Below, in pieces: positions 45,502 through 54,538 of a stretch of 59,625 nucleotides of DNA (within the stretch, counting starts at the first letter, position 1; the number at the start of each line of letters is the position of its first letter). Made by a program: the position numbers and the translations under genes. The notes under the pieces are model-generated. The model searched no databases and was not told where the DNA came from. It saw only the letters and a program-made list of their open reading frames with translations. Origin of the DNA: a virus (lineage: Duplodnaviria; Caudoviricetes); IMG/VR virus record IMGVR_UViG_3300020044_004496, positions 1 to 59,625 of that record; one strand, given 5' to 3'.

Positions 45502-46217
45502 CAGGTCACCTTCTGGCGGTACTGACCGCTGCGGTACGCATCTTGACGCTCCATGCCATCACCCAGACGCTTGGCCATAGCCAACGCTTCCATGTATTTG
45601 GTGTTGTAGGCGGTGATCAAGTCAGATTCACCCTTCATGAAGGTATAGCCTTCTACGAGCGAGCCATAAAGTAACACGCTGTCAAAATTATCGCCCAGCC
45701 AAGTTTGGCCGCTAGCCGCAGTTGTGATGCTCTCTGGATAGTAGTAATAATGAAGCTCAACGGTGTACGTAGCATCTGGGGTAGGGCCAAGCAGGAAAGA
45801 CAGTTCGTTGCTGATGGTTGAGCCGGAAACGGTTGGACCAAACAAGGCGTAGTACGCGGGCAAACCTGTATCGGTTGGCGTGGGATACGCCTCACGAATG
45901 AAGTTCACATCTTTGTTCAGCAGGTATGAATAGGCGTCGTTGTCGTCAACTACAGCCAACGAATAGACTGCCAAGAAGTCATCGGGAGCAGACAGGTACT
46001 TATTGTTTGCTGTAACTGACCCCGTGACGTTCTTTCGGATCGACGGAAACTGAACCGTGTTGAAAATACGCTGTTCCGCTTGAGTAATGAACGTATTGAT
46101 CTGTTCAGTGCTCGTGAGCGTGGTCGTGCCTGTCCCTGCGCTATCCGTGAAGGTAGACGCAGGGAAGTCATTCTCAAGGTAACCTTTGATGGTTTCAAAC
46201 AGCGTACTGTAGTTCAT
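45501..46217 (-). CDS. Putative head-tail adaptor/tail tubular protein
   Basis: FITQAEQRI, G.P.YY, GPTPD..Y.VEL.Y, LLYGSL.E. Confidence 0.65.
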   Translation of the reverse strand: MNYSTLFETIKGYLENDFPASTFTDSAGTGTTTLTSTEQINTFITQAEQRIFNTVQFPSIRKNVTGSVTANNKYLSAPDDFLAVYSLAVVDDNDAYSYLLNKDVNFIREAYPTPTDTGLPAYYALFGPTVSGSTISNELSFLLGPTPDATYTVELHYYYYPESITTAASGQTWLGDNFDSVLLYGSLVEGYTFMKGESDLITAYNTKYMEALAMAKRLGDGMERQDAYRSGQYRQKVT

Positions 46218-46219
46218 GT

Positions 46220-46417
46220 TTAGCCCATCGGCCCACGGGCCATCTTGCCTTTGGTTTGCGACTGAGTGCCACGAACCACAATGCCAGAAGTCTTGGCCGT
46301 ATCAGGATAGCCAGCACCTGGCGGCATAGCATTGGTGTTTGGACGCGGCTGCGTGTACTTGCCAATCGGGTTGGCAGTATCAGCCGGGAAAAATTCAAAC
46401 TTGTCGTTGGAGTTCAT
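46220..46417 (-). CDS. Small hypothetical virion protein
   Basis: KTSGIVVRG...TKGKMARGPMG. Confidence 0.6.
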   Translation of the reverse strand: MNSNDKFEFFPADTANPIGKYTQPRPNTNAMPPGAGYPDTAKTSGIVVRGTQSQTKGKMARGPMG

Positions 46418-46569
46418 TATCGGCTCCGCTGGTTGTTCGCACGCGCCATATTGCGACCGACCTTGCGCATAGCCATGCTAGTCACGCCGCCTTTTTTCAT
46501 GCCGTGCAGACGCTTCTCATGCAGCTTGACTTCTTTGTCTGCAATCTTTTTGACCTGTTTGGTATCCAT
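46417..46569 (-). CDS. Small basic protein (50 aa)
   Basis: Hand-translated; AGGAG RBS; contains MKKGG. Confidence 0.6.
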   Translation of the reverse strand: MDTKQVKKIADKEVKLHEKRLHGMKKGGVTSMAMRKVGRNMARANNQRSR

Positions 46570-46578
46570 TTTCTACTC

Positions 46579-47004
46579 CTATGAAGTCACTACTGTTACG
46601 CTGCCAATCGCAATCGTCAGCGCCAAATTGTTCGGCGTGACCCCTGCATCAATGCCTCTTGAGCCACCCACCGGATTCCAACCCCACTGGATGATTCTAC
46701 TACCACCCTCGGGTGACCCGCTACCCAAAGGACCGGTGTTGTTCTGCAAAACCTGTAACCCGCTGTTGCCAGACGTCACATAACTTACATCCGGCCTTGG
46801 GTTACGAACTGCCTGTGGATCATTGACCGGATACAGACCCAACGACAACTGCGGCTGGTCAGGCTCCCAGCATGTAGGACAGACCAAAATGTTTACATTT
46901 TTGGTCTTGATGACCAAACCCTTTAACTGCGTCAGCTTGTACCGAAATCCACACCGGTCGCATTCCGCAATTGCATTTTTGCCAGACGAAAATCTGTTTG
47001 GCAT
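46579..47004 (-). CDS. Zn-binding hypothetical protein
   Basis: CDRCG..VCPTCWEPDQPQ..RNPRPD. Confidence 0.7.
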   Translation of the reverse strand: MPNRFSSGKNAIAECDRCGFRYKLTQLKGLVIKTKNVNILVCPTCWEPDQPQLSLGLYPVNDPQAVRNPRPDVSYVTSGNSGLQVLQNNTGPLGSGSPEGGSRIIQWGWNPVGGSRGIDAGVTPNNLALTIAIGSVTVVTS

Positions 47005-47006
47005 GA

Positions 47007-47750
47007 TTACCCAATAAACTGCTGGCGCGGAACAAACCGATCCGGCGCCTTTTCACGGTCTTCCGATGCCGCCAAGTCCCACTGCTCAGCATAATCTTGC
47101 TTGAGCATGGCAATCCTGCCAGGGTCTACATTTGGCAACTTCATGGACAGGTTATAGGCCAACCCTGCCACCATACAAGGCAGGAAACGGAACGGAATAT
47201 CCTGGCCATTGATGCCATTCCCAGCATCTTGAATGCGGCGCAGCCTCCAGTACACAAAGGTGTAGGTCTGGCTGTTGTCCGGCGTAGGCCAGACATGAAT
47301 TCTGGGCGGAACAGGATCACCAGCAGAGTCTGTCGCGCCCGAGCGACGCTGAATCCAGACCTGAATTGGCCGGCCAACAGCATTCTTGTTCGGGATCATG
47401 GCGTAGGTGGACTCGCTGATCCGGCTGATGTTGATGTCCGTCTGGTTCTGGTAGGTGCCAGTGCGGATCACATGATCCAAAAGGTCTACGGTATCAACCG
47501 GCAAATCGTAGGTAATCGTTGGCGTTGGGCTGGTGTAGGCTAGGGTAATTTGCCCTTGCTCCACCGTCCACATGTTGATCCCACGGTTTGCCCATTCCAT
47601 CGTCATTAGGTTCAACGACCGCCGCGCCGTGCGCATGTCGTAGCCCGAACGCAACTCCTGTCCGCAACGCTCAAACGCTTCCTCAATCAGATTGTTTAGA
47701 TCTAGATTGAAGCTATACGAATCAGTAGTCTTGTACGGAACGGTGGCCAT
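47007..47750 (-). CDS. Putative head-tail adaptor (tail tubular protein A-like)
   Basis: IEEAFERCG..ARRSLN..EWANRG, GRP, WPTPD, PCMVAGLAY. Confidence 0.65.
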   Translation of the reverse strand: MATVPYKTTDSYSFNLDLNNLIEEAFERCGQELRSGYDMRTARRSLNLMTMEWANRGINMWTVEQGQITLAYTSPTPTITYDLPVDTVDLLDHVIRTGTYQNQTDINISRISESTYAMIPNKNAVGRPIQVWIQRRSGATDSAGDPVPPRIHVWPTPDNSQTYTFVYWRLRRIQDAGNGINGQDIPFRFLPCMVAGLAYNLSMKLPNVDPGRIAMLKQDYAEQWDLAASEDREKAPDRFVPRQQFIG

Positions 47751-47753
47751 TAC

Positions 47754-48011
47754 TTATTTCCTATACGCAGCAGTTTTCTTAGCCACGTTTTTAGGTTGCG
47801 GTACAAACTGTTTTCCTGCGGCCTTGCCGGCTCGCTTGGCGCGGGTGCTGGCGGCGTACTCTTGCGGAGAGAGCGCTTTGATGGCGGCTTCGGGGAGGTA
47901 ACGCTCTCCCGTCGCTTTGCTTCCCTGCGTAGATGGCTTGCCACTTTTCGTGCGCCACTTTTGCTGGGTCCACGCTTTGAGGCTGGCTTGCGGTTTGGCG
48001 AGTCCACTCAC
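47754..48011 (-). CDS. Small basic protein (DUF5872-like)
   Basis: SLKAWTQQKWRTKSGK..GERYLP..KQFV.QP. Confidence 0.65.
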   Translation of the reverse strand: MSGLAKPQASLKAWTQQKWRTKSGKPSTQGSKATGERYLPEAAIKALSPQEYAASTRAKRAGKAAGKQFVPQPKNVAKKTAAYRK

Positions 48012-48289
48012 TTATACCCCCCGCCAGACTTCTTGTACTGCAATGCCAGCATCTGTGCTTTGCGCGCAGACCACTGACCCGGAGCACCGCCTTTGCCACC
48101 AGATTTAATGCGGTTGAACAGCGATTTGCGCATGCCCGGTTTGGTGTAGTTGCCAGCTTCATTCACGCGGCTTACCTTGCCGCCATCGGCGTACATGGTC
48201 ACATCCTGCGGGTTGTCTTTCCGCTTGATGATCCTAGCCTTTGGCATTTTGGAGGGGGCAATGGCCCCCATTCCGCGTGAGGGTCGCAT
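48008..48289 (-). CDS. Small basic protein
   Basis: NYTKP.MR..GQWSARKAQMLA..YK..GGGYK. Confidence 0.7.
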   Translation of the reverse strand: MRPSRGMGAIAPSKMPKARIIKRKDNPQDVTMYADGGKVSRVNEAGNYTKPGMRKSLFNRIKSGGKGGAPGQWSARKAQMLALQYKKSGGGYK

Positions 48290-48903
48290 TAGCAGTACCC
48301 GCCGCCCTTCATGGACACTTTCATGCCTTTGGTCTTGCCGCGCTGGGCAATACCATCAGCCGACTTGTGGCCGCCGGCCAGTCCACCAGCCGCCATTTTG
48401 ACCATAGTGCCTTTGGTCTTGCCACGGGATTCGATGCCGCCGCCACGCGCATACTTCATGGCGCCCATTTCAGCAGCTTCATGCTTGACCATTGACTTGG
48501 GAGCGCCCTTCTTTTTCATGAACTCCACTTCTTTTTTCACCATTGCCTTTGATTCTTTCATCATGCCTCCTTGTGCATATTTCATTCCGCCAGACTTCAT
48601 ACCAAGATTCCCCATTTGCTTAGAAGTGGGCAGCTTCTTTTCAATGCCTTTGTCCATAAGACCTCCAGCTTTCATTCCGGCAAACCGGTTCAGTTGACTA
48701 AATGGCATGTCCATTTTTCCATGCCGAGTGTTTTGCTTGCCTACCTTTGCAAGAGATGGGCCACCAACAGCAAACTTTTTTCCTTTGTCGGCAGCAGCAA
48801 ACTCTTTGCCAACTGACTGCGGAACGCCAACTTTCTTGGCAAATGCAGGGCTGTGTGCAATCGCCTCCATGAAGCGATGCTGCTTGGCAGATTTGCTGGG
48901 CAT
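48289..48903 (-). CDS. Basic Lys/Met/Gly-rich protein with repeated xxxGG motifs
   Basis: MPSKSAKQHRFM N-terminus; seven [MFY][AK]xGG motifs. Confidence 0.7.
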   Translation of the reverse strand: MPSKSAKQHRFMEAIAHSPAFAKKVGVPQSVGKEFAAADKGKKFAVGGPSLAKVGKQNTRHGKMDMPFSQLNRFAGMKAGGLMDKGIEKKLPTSKQMGNLGMKSGGMKYAQGGMMKESKAMVKKEVEFMKKKGAPKSMVKHEAAEMGAMKYARGGGIESRGKTKGTMVKMAAGGLAGGHKSADGIAQRGKTKGMKVSMKGGGYC

Positions 48904-49076
48904 TACTTCATGCCTTTCAGCGTTTGCGCCAGACGAGCACGTTGCCCCATTTTGCCCGGAGCCTTTGCAGCCTTGGCCAGCTTGCCGGCAGGAATCGGCT
49001 TGTTACCCTTTACGCCCAGCGCGGAACGCAGCGCACCGGGCTTCTTGATCGCTTTCTGAATCCACTTTTCAGCCAT
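48903..49076 (-). CDS. Small basic protein (WIQKAIKKPGALR..RARLAQTL)
   Basis: TGATG overlap. Confidence 0.65.
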   Translation of the reverse strand: MAEKWIQKAIKKPGALRSALGVKGNKPIPAGKLAKAAKAPGKMGQRARLAQTLKGMK

Positions 49077-49321
49077 CAGATTATCCTGCCTTTCGTTTTG
49101 CCACGTTGAGCGCAACCGTCTGCGCGAGCGGAAGCTGAACCGCCTTTAGCAAACTTGACCGGCTTTTTGCTGGCCTCGTATGCTTTGTCTTCAGCTTCCT
49201 TGCGCTTCTGTTCCGCCTGTTTATCAGCAATTTCCTTGGGCATAGGAGCAGGGCCAGTCTTATTCATCTCAGCCCATTCCTTGCGGTATTGCGCGGCTTT
49301 TGCATCGTACTGATCAGCCAT
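49076..49321 (-). CDS. Small protein ending KFAKGG..RADGCAQRGKTKG
   Basis: GAGG RBS; tail shared with 48289..48903. Confidence 0.65.
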   Translation of the reverse strand: MADQYDAKAAQYRKEWAEMNKTGPAPMPKEIADKQAEQKRKEAEDKAYEASKKPVKFAKGGSASARADGCAQRGKTKGRII

Positions 49322-49328
49322 GATTACC

Positions 49329-49583
49329 TCAGCAGTTCCAAGCCCGGAGGCTCTTGTTGATACGGCTATTCGGGTCTTTCGCTGTCTTCGATGAAGTCAG
49401 CTTCTTCTTCATACCTGTCATGCGAGCGCAGAACGATTTCTTCCTTGCCCCGCCTTCCGGCTGCGGACGCTTCAGACCCGGCTTCCCAGGGTTGGCCGCG
49501 TTGTAGGAGGCTCGCCCTTTGGCGTTCAAACCACCATTGGGATTTTTGCCTTCTTTGCGTTGCCATGCTGGAGTCTTAGCCAT
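49329..49583 (-). CDS. Small basic protein (DUF6321-like)
   Basis: GKNPNGGLNAKGR..RKKSFCARM..W.C. Confidence 0.65.
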   Translation of the reverse strand: MAKTPAWQRKEGKNPNGGLNAKGRASYNAANPGKPGLKRPQPEGGARKKSFCARMTGMKKKLTSSKTAKDPNSRINKSLRAWNC

Positions 49584-50335
49584 TACGCCGCCGTGCTCAT
49601 GGTTTTCGCTGCCTCCATTGACGGATACAGCACATCGTTTCCAAAATCGCTCTGGTACTCATGGATGCCCATGTGACCCAGCTTGATCGTCGGGTCAACC
49701 CAGATATCCGTACCAACTTCACGAGCGCGGTCACAGAACAAGAAGTCCTCACCAACGTAACCCGTCGGCGTTACCTTGAAGTCAAAGAAGCTATACAGCA
49801 TGCGGTCTTCAAGGTTGTCCGGGTGCTTCCACTCGGGGTGAGCTGCGCGAAGCTTTTCAAACACTTGCCGCTGGATCATCATGAAACCAGTTGCTACACG
49901 GTAGGCTTTGACCAAACCCCAACCATCCATCGCAATCGAGTTCTGCGCACCGTCAACACCGTTGCCGCCATCAAGCGACAGGATGTAGACCTTGCCCTCT
50001 TTACGGGCTTCGTACGCACCGGCCACGATGCCACGGGTCTGATTCCAAGCCATCAGACGCAGAACGTCTTTCGGATCAAACGTCATATCCGAGTCGATGA
50101 ACAGCAGGTGGTCACAGTCAGATTCAAGGAAATTGTGTGCGATTACATTTCGGGCGCGAGACACAACAGAACAGCCGCAGATGCTGCTGACTTGAATCTC
50201 GATGCCATGCTCCAAGACTTGTTGGCCGAGCCGCATCAGCGACACAGCCATTTTCACGCCTACCTTATGGTCATAAGCCGGTAGGCCGATCATCAGTTTC
50301 TTGCCAGCAAGGTCAAAGCCTTTTTGATTTTGCAC
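49583..50335 (-). CDS. GT-A (GT2-like) glycosyltransferase
   Basis: SRARN, LLFIDSD (DxD), TGFMMI, GEDFLFC, LGHMG. Confidence 0.78.
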   Translation of the reverse strand: MQNQKGFDLAGKKLMIGLPAYDHKVGVKMAVSLMRLGQQVLEHGIEIQVSSICGCSVVSRARNVIAHNFLESDCDHLLFIDSDMTFDPKDVLRLMAWNQTRGIVAGAYEARKEGKVYILSLDGGNGVDGAQNSIAMDGWGLVKAYRVATGFMMIQRQVFEKLRAAHPEWKHPDNLEDRMLYSFFDFKVTPTGYVGEDFLFCDRAREVGTDIWVDPTIKLGHMGIHEYQSDFGNDVLYPSMEAAKTMSTAA

Positions 50336-50338
50336 AAA

Positions 50339-50866
50339 TCACCCGTAGAAAATGGTCACACCAGTTTGATTGGAAAGTTGCCCGTAGATACCGTTGAGGC
50401 ACAGCAAGCCCTCACCCGGAATCAGCATGGCTTGGTTCTGCGGAACGCCAGAAGTGGTCAGCGCAGCCGTATCCAGCGACATCAGCCAACGGCCGCCAGC
50501 GTTGGAGAATGTGCAAGCAGTAGCGCTTGCAATGGTCCGGCTGTTGACATCCGTGATGGTGAAAGTGCTGGAGTTGGTAACGGTAACCGTGTAGTTGCCG
50601 TTGGTTGCAGACACACCAGTGGCGGTGGCAAACGTGATACCAATACGATCACCCGTCTGCAAGCCGTGTGCGGCGCTGACAACCGTCACCGTGTTACCAG
50701 ACTGCGTATAGCCAGTCGCTGCTGCCGTAGGCGCAGCCGTCACATCCCACATGTTGATCGTGCCAGCCGTCGAGGACGACGTGAACATGATCCCTTTGAG
50801 GCGGGAGCGGTAGTTGATAAAGAATCCGGAACTGTTTAGGTGTCCCGAATAGACATCTGTTTGCAT
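50339..50866 (-). CDS. Putative structural protein with an inserted beta domain
   Basis: VTVVSAAHGLQTGD..NGNYTVT insert; AGGAG RBS. Confidence 0.65.
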   Translation of the reverse strand: MQTDVYSGHLNSSGFFINYRSRLKGIMFTSSSTAGTINMWDVTAAPTAAATGYTQSGNTVTVVSAAHGLQTGDRIGITFATATGVSATNGNYTVTVTNSSTFTITDVNSRTIASATACTFSNAGGRWLMSLDTAALTTSGVPQNQAMLIPGEGLLCLNGIYGQLSNQTGVTIFYG

Positions 50867-50892
50867 GGTCAATCTCCTTGAGGTTCAATGAA

Positions 50893-50908
50893 GGGGGCCG
50901 AAGCCCCC
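50893..50908 (-). terminator. GC hairpin with UUCG tetraloop (terminator or stabiliser)
   Basis: GGGGGC-UUCG-GCCCCC on the - strand; weak U tract. Confidence 0.55.
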
Positions 50909-50920
50909 CAAGAAGATTGA

Positions 50921-51433
50921 TCAGCTGTACGGCGTGGCGACGGAACCCGAACCGACAAACGAGCCTTGCACGGACCACTTGTTCGTGGCGAACGGCATCA
51001 GCACCAGACGGCTACCCGCAGCAGCACCACCAGTGGTGGTTGCGTTCAGCGTGATGATCGTGCTGGCGGTCGAGTTGAACGACGCGGTGGTCGTACCGGC
51101 AACGGAAATCTGGCCGACATACGCATCACTACCAGAGCAGGTAATGGTTTGCGCGGTCGCACCAGCCGAAGCAGCGGTGAAGATGAACGTGAACGCCACA
51201 CCGAGGTTGCTCAAGGTGTTGGGGTCAGAACCCGGACCAGCCGAGGTCGGATCAGCCGAAGCATTGATCGCCGGGAGCGTGATCGCGCAGGTTGCCGGAA
51301 CCAACAGGATGTGTCCCGCGTGTTGCGCAACAGTAAGAGTGGCGGTAGCACCAAGGGTAATGAAGTTGCCATTGCCTTGCGTGTAGAAGCCGTTTAACGA
51401 CCGTACCGGGCCGTCAAATGTGGAGATAGCCAT
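50921..51433 (-). CDS. Putative capsid-associated protein
   Basis: MAISTFDGPVRSLNGF; follows the capsid gene; AAGGA RBS. Confidence 0.65.
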   Translation of the reverse strand: MAISTFDGPVRSLNGFYTQGNGNFITLGATATLTVAQHAGHILLVPATCAITLPAINASADPTSAGPGSDPNTLSNLGVAFTFIFTAASAGATAQTITCSGSDAYVGQISVAGTTTASFNSTASTIITLNATTTGGAAAGSRLVLMPFATNKWSVQGSFVGSGSVATPYS

Positions 51434-51457
51434 TTGATATTCCTTGTGTAGTAGCAC

Positions 51458-51520
51458 ATCCCCGTATCGTCTCTACTAAGTCTGCTGGGGCAGTCGATAC
51501 AGGTCAAAAATCCCAGATAT
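51458..51520 (-). ncRNA. Structured element downstream of the gpT-like capsid gene (candidate Mu-gpT-DE-type motif)
   Basis: CUGUAUCG/CGAUACGG stem enclosing a CUGC/GCAG hairpin; position matches that motif's described context. Confidence 0.45.
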
Positions 51521-51534
51521 TTGCAGCATACACC

Positions 51535-51568
51535 AAAAACAAAAAACGGGGGGTTTTTAGGCCCCCCG
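51535..51568 (-). terminator. Rho-independent terminator after the major capsid gene
   Basis: CGGGGGG/CCCCCCG stem followed by UUUUUUGUUUUU. Confidence 0.8.
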
Positions 51569-51574
51569 CCTGTG

Positions 51575-52483
51575 TTACGCGCCTTGTGAACCCCAAGCGC
51601 CCAACGGATCAGACCAGCCGAAGCTGTAACGCTCACGGCTCTTGTAACGGACGTTACCGGTGTCAAAGTCGCCGTCCATGCTGTTAGACAGCGGGGTGCG
51701 GACGAAGTGCTTCAGACCATTCGGAACGTCGGTCATCAGGAAGTAGCCATTGGTGTCAGTCAAGAAGTGGTTGACACTGTAGCCTTCCGGGATCGAGCCG
51801 TTGTTCTTCAGAGCGTTGATGTCGTTGTTGTTGGTGCTAACACGCAGCTCGGTTTCGAGCAGACGGGTCGCAACGAACATCAGGTTCGGCGGAACAATCA
51901 GCTTACGCGGCTTGGCAGCAATCAGCAGACCACGTTCGTCAGTCCAGCCGGCGATCTGAATAACGGCGGCTTCCAGGGAAGTCTCGTTCAAATCAGCCAT
52001 AGTGGACTGCGTGTTGCTGTTGGTGCCACCAGACACCAGCGGGTGAGCGGTCGAGAACAGAACTTGACCATCGCCACCGGTGTAACCGGAGGTGAAGCCG
52101 TTGTTCAGCACTGCGGCTGCTTTAACCTGCTTGGTGTAAGCCATAGCACGGGCCAGACCCTTGGTATAACGAGCCGACAGGCTGTCATACAGGTTGTCTT
52201 CAATCGCCTCTTCGGTGATCGAGAAACCAAGGGCAATGGTTTCGTGCTGGTAACGGGCGGTCCAAGCTTCTTGCGCATTGTCATAAGCAATGGCATTGCC
52301 TTCCGCCTTAACCGGCGCAGCAGAGAAACCGGACAGCTTGGTTTCTTCTTCAAACGAACGCTCGGAAGTCTCGGTTTCGTAGATTTCCTTGTGCTCTTCG
52401 CCGTAACGTGCATACTCCAGACCGAACAAGGCGTTCAGGCCGGGGAGCAGCTCTTTCAGTAGTTGTGCGCGTGAAATAGCCAT
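51575..52483 (-). CDS. Major capsid protein (Mu gpT-like HK97 fold)
   Basis: MAISRAQLLKELLPGLNALFG, KLIVPP.L, DFDTGNVRYK.RERYSFGWSD; followed by a terminator. Confidence 0.88.
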   Translation of the reverse strand: MAISRAQLLKELLPGLNALFGLEYARYGEEHKEIYETETSERSFEEETKLSGFSAAPVKAEGNAIAYDNAQEAWTARYQHETIALGFSITEEAIEDNLYDSLSARYTKGLARAMAYTKQVKAAAVLNNGFTSGYTGGDGQVLFSTAHPLVSGGTNSNTQSTMADLNETSLEAAVIQIAGWTDERGLLIAAKPRKLIVPPNLMFVATRLLETELRVSTNNNDINALKNNGSIPEGYSVNHFLTDTNGYFLMTDVPNGLKHFVRTPLSNSMDGDFDTGNVRYKSRERYSFGWSDPLGAWGSQGA

Positions 52484-52494
52484 GTGTTAGCCCC

Positions 52495-53109
52495 TTATAC
52501 GCCAGTCCAGCTACGATACAAATGTACGTTTTGGTTCCAAGTAACCAGAACCTCAACGAACGACCCAGCAGCCGGTGCAGTGTCGGGCACAACGTCGATA
52601 ATCTTGATAGGAAGAGTCGAAGTCGTTTGCGCCGAATTCAGCACGGCTTGCTGCGAATCACCAGTGATGGTGCTGCCGGTATTGGCAACCCATGCGATGT
52701 TTCCACCAACCAAGTTTGCACGAGTAGCTTGTGCAATCACGGTCGTGCCGGAAACAACGGCGACGCGCATTACTACATCAGGATCGTCGCAAACATACGC
52801 CGTAGTACCATTGGCAGTATCAGCCGTTTGGCTGATGGTCTGCGGGTAGTACTGCGAGTAGGTACGCTGACCCATAGTATTGATATACGAGCAACCCATG
52901 AAAACGCCAAGGAAGTCGTTGCCCGAGGTGGTGCTGGTCGCATTGTTGACGCAGCCGTTTGCGCTCATAACCACGAGGTCACCAAAGTAAATGTTGGTGG
53001 CGTGGCCAGAGGCAATAGGAATCTGACGGGTTGACCCCGCAAATACCTGACCGCCCAGCAAATTGACCGGACGAAAGCCGTAAGGCTTGTCGATAGTCGG
53101 ATATGCCAT
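52495..53109 (-). CDS. Putative capsid decoration/cement protein
   Basis: PYGFRPV, IYFGDLV, GVFMGCSY, YVCDDP; directly upstream of the MCP. Confidence 0.6.
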   Translation of the reverse strand: MAYPTIDKPYGFRPVNLLGGQVFAGSTRQIPIASGHATNIYFGDLVVMSANGCVNNATSTTSGNDFLGVFMGCSYINTMGQRTYSQYYPQTISQTADTANGTTAYVCDDPDVVMRVAVVSGTTVIAQATRANLVGGNIAWVANTGSTITGDSQQAVLNSAQTTSTLPIKIIDVVPDTAPAAGSFVEVLVTWNQNVHLYRSWTGV

Positions 53110-53126
53110 GTGGAACTCCTAAAGGG

Positions 53127-53585
53127 TTATGTTTCTTTGCGCCCAGTAGACACTTTAGAACTCCGTTCTTTGAAGATCGGCATCCTTGCATCACTTTGAC
53201 GCATCAATGTGTTGTCTACGGCCTCGGCTTGTGCTTGCGTCTGGGCTGCGTAATACGCATTCCGTTCGTCAACCATATTGCGCGGGGCTTTGCACAACAA
53301 CAATCCCCCAACTTCGATGTTGCCTTGAAAGCGGCTATTCGACGTTGGGTCACTATACATTTGCATCTCCGGGTGGTCTTCTGCTTTCACAGGAACCCAC
53401 ATCTCCCGAAGCTTGGCCGAGACGTTCATATGATCGGCTTGACCTGTGATACTTGTCCGGATCCACCTGAATTTCCAATCCTTGGATGGTGCGGGATCGG
53501 GTAGAAGACTCGGCGGAGCCCATGATTGTTTGCGCTGTGTGGTTTCTCTACTTTCCAATTCACGAGCGAGACGATTTTCAGCCAT
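53127..53585 (-). CDS. Conserved head-module protein
   Basis: WAPPSLLP..FRWIR..W.PV..GGLLLCK. Confidence 0.7.
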   Translation of the reverse strand: MAENRLARELESRETTQRKQSWAPPSLLPDPAPSKDWKFRWIRTSITGQADHMNVSAKLREMWVPVKAEDHPEMQMYSDPTSNSRFQGNIEVGGLLLCKAPRNMVDERNAYYAAQTQAQAEAVDNTLMRQSDARMPIFKERSSKVSTGRKET

Positions 53586-54528
53586 TGTTGTTCTCCAATT
53601 TCATAACTTCTTTTGCATACGCTTCAGGTGAAATGTTCATCTTTTTGGCCAGAGCCAATTGCGTCTGCGTTAGTCGCACTTTCGTAGGCGCGGTGCTTCG
53701 CGTGGCTGGAGCCACAACTTGAGCTGCTCTGCGCGGCGTCGGTTTTTCAACCGGTTCCGTCGGTTGAGTCTGCTCCTCCTCGAATTTTTCGGGGAATCGC
53801 TTCCTCATGGTTTCATCTACTCGGCGGTAATAGTCCTGACTAGTAGGATCAACACCAGACCGGACAAGCTTCTCATGCAGGCCAAGAGCAAGGGCTGTCA
53901 TTTCCTCGTCCACCCCAAACCAATCGTTTCGCCGTGCCCAGGCTTCAGCTCTGGGGTCTGGCGGCGCTTGTCGGGGTGCTTGTACCCGTTCAACTTCGTG
54001 TTCTACACCGTTTTCAGTAGATTGTAAAGATGCTTCAGATACGCCAACTTCCCAAATGGCCCGCTTGGCATCCATCAAAGCTTCTTGTGCGTCAGCAATC
54101 AAAGCTCCGTCGCCAGATTCGTACGCCTCTTTTAGGCGGTCTTTGGCGGCAGCAAGCTCAATATTGGCAGACTTGGTTTTTTCCTCAACAACCAGCTTTT
54201 GGCCGGCGCCAAGACGTTGCCGCAACTGCCGGTTTTCCTCTTCTTTGATCTGAGCAAATCGCAAAGCCTCCTCTCGCTCACGGGCGGCCGCTTCTTTTTC
54301 GCGGCGCTCGTCATGCCAGACTTTTTTCATCTGGGAAAGGCGCTTTTTGACCTTGTCGGAGTACTCCTCCAGATCATCTTTTTCCAGTTCTTCGACAATT
54401 TCCTTGGGCAAAGGCTCCCTGCCACGATCTTCCGGCGGGGTGTCATCGACCAGCTCAATTTCAATTTCCGGCGTTGCTGCCTCCGGTTTTTCCTCGATTT
54501 CATCGGGGAATTTATAGGCTTCGGCCAT
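53578..54528 (-). CDS. Putative capsid scaffolding protein
   Basis: Acidic coiled coil; AW..RN.WFG; C-terminal LTQTQLALAKKMNISPEAYAK. Confidence 0.65.
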   Translation of the reverse strand: MAEAYKFPDEIEEKPEAATPEIEIELVDDTPPEDRGREPLPKEIVEELEKDDLEEYSDKVKKRLSQMKKVWHDERREKEAAAREREEALRFAQIKEEENRQLRQRLGAGQKLVVEEKTKSANIELAAAKDRLKEAYESGDGALIADAQEALMDAKRAIWEVGVSEASLQSTENGVEHEVERVQAPRQAPPDPRAEAWARRNDWFGVDEEMTALALGLHEKLVRSGVDPTSQDYYRRVDETMRKRFPEKFEEEQTQPTEPVEKPTPRRAAQVVAPATRSTAPTKVRLTQTQLALAKKMNISPEAYAKEVMKLENNNG

Positions 54529-54538
54529 GTGTTACTCC

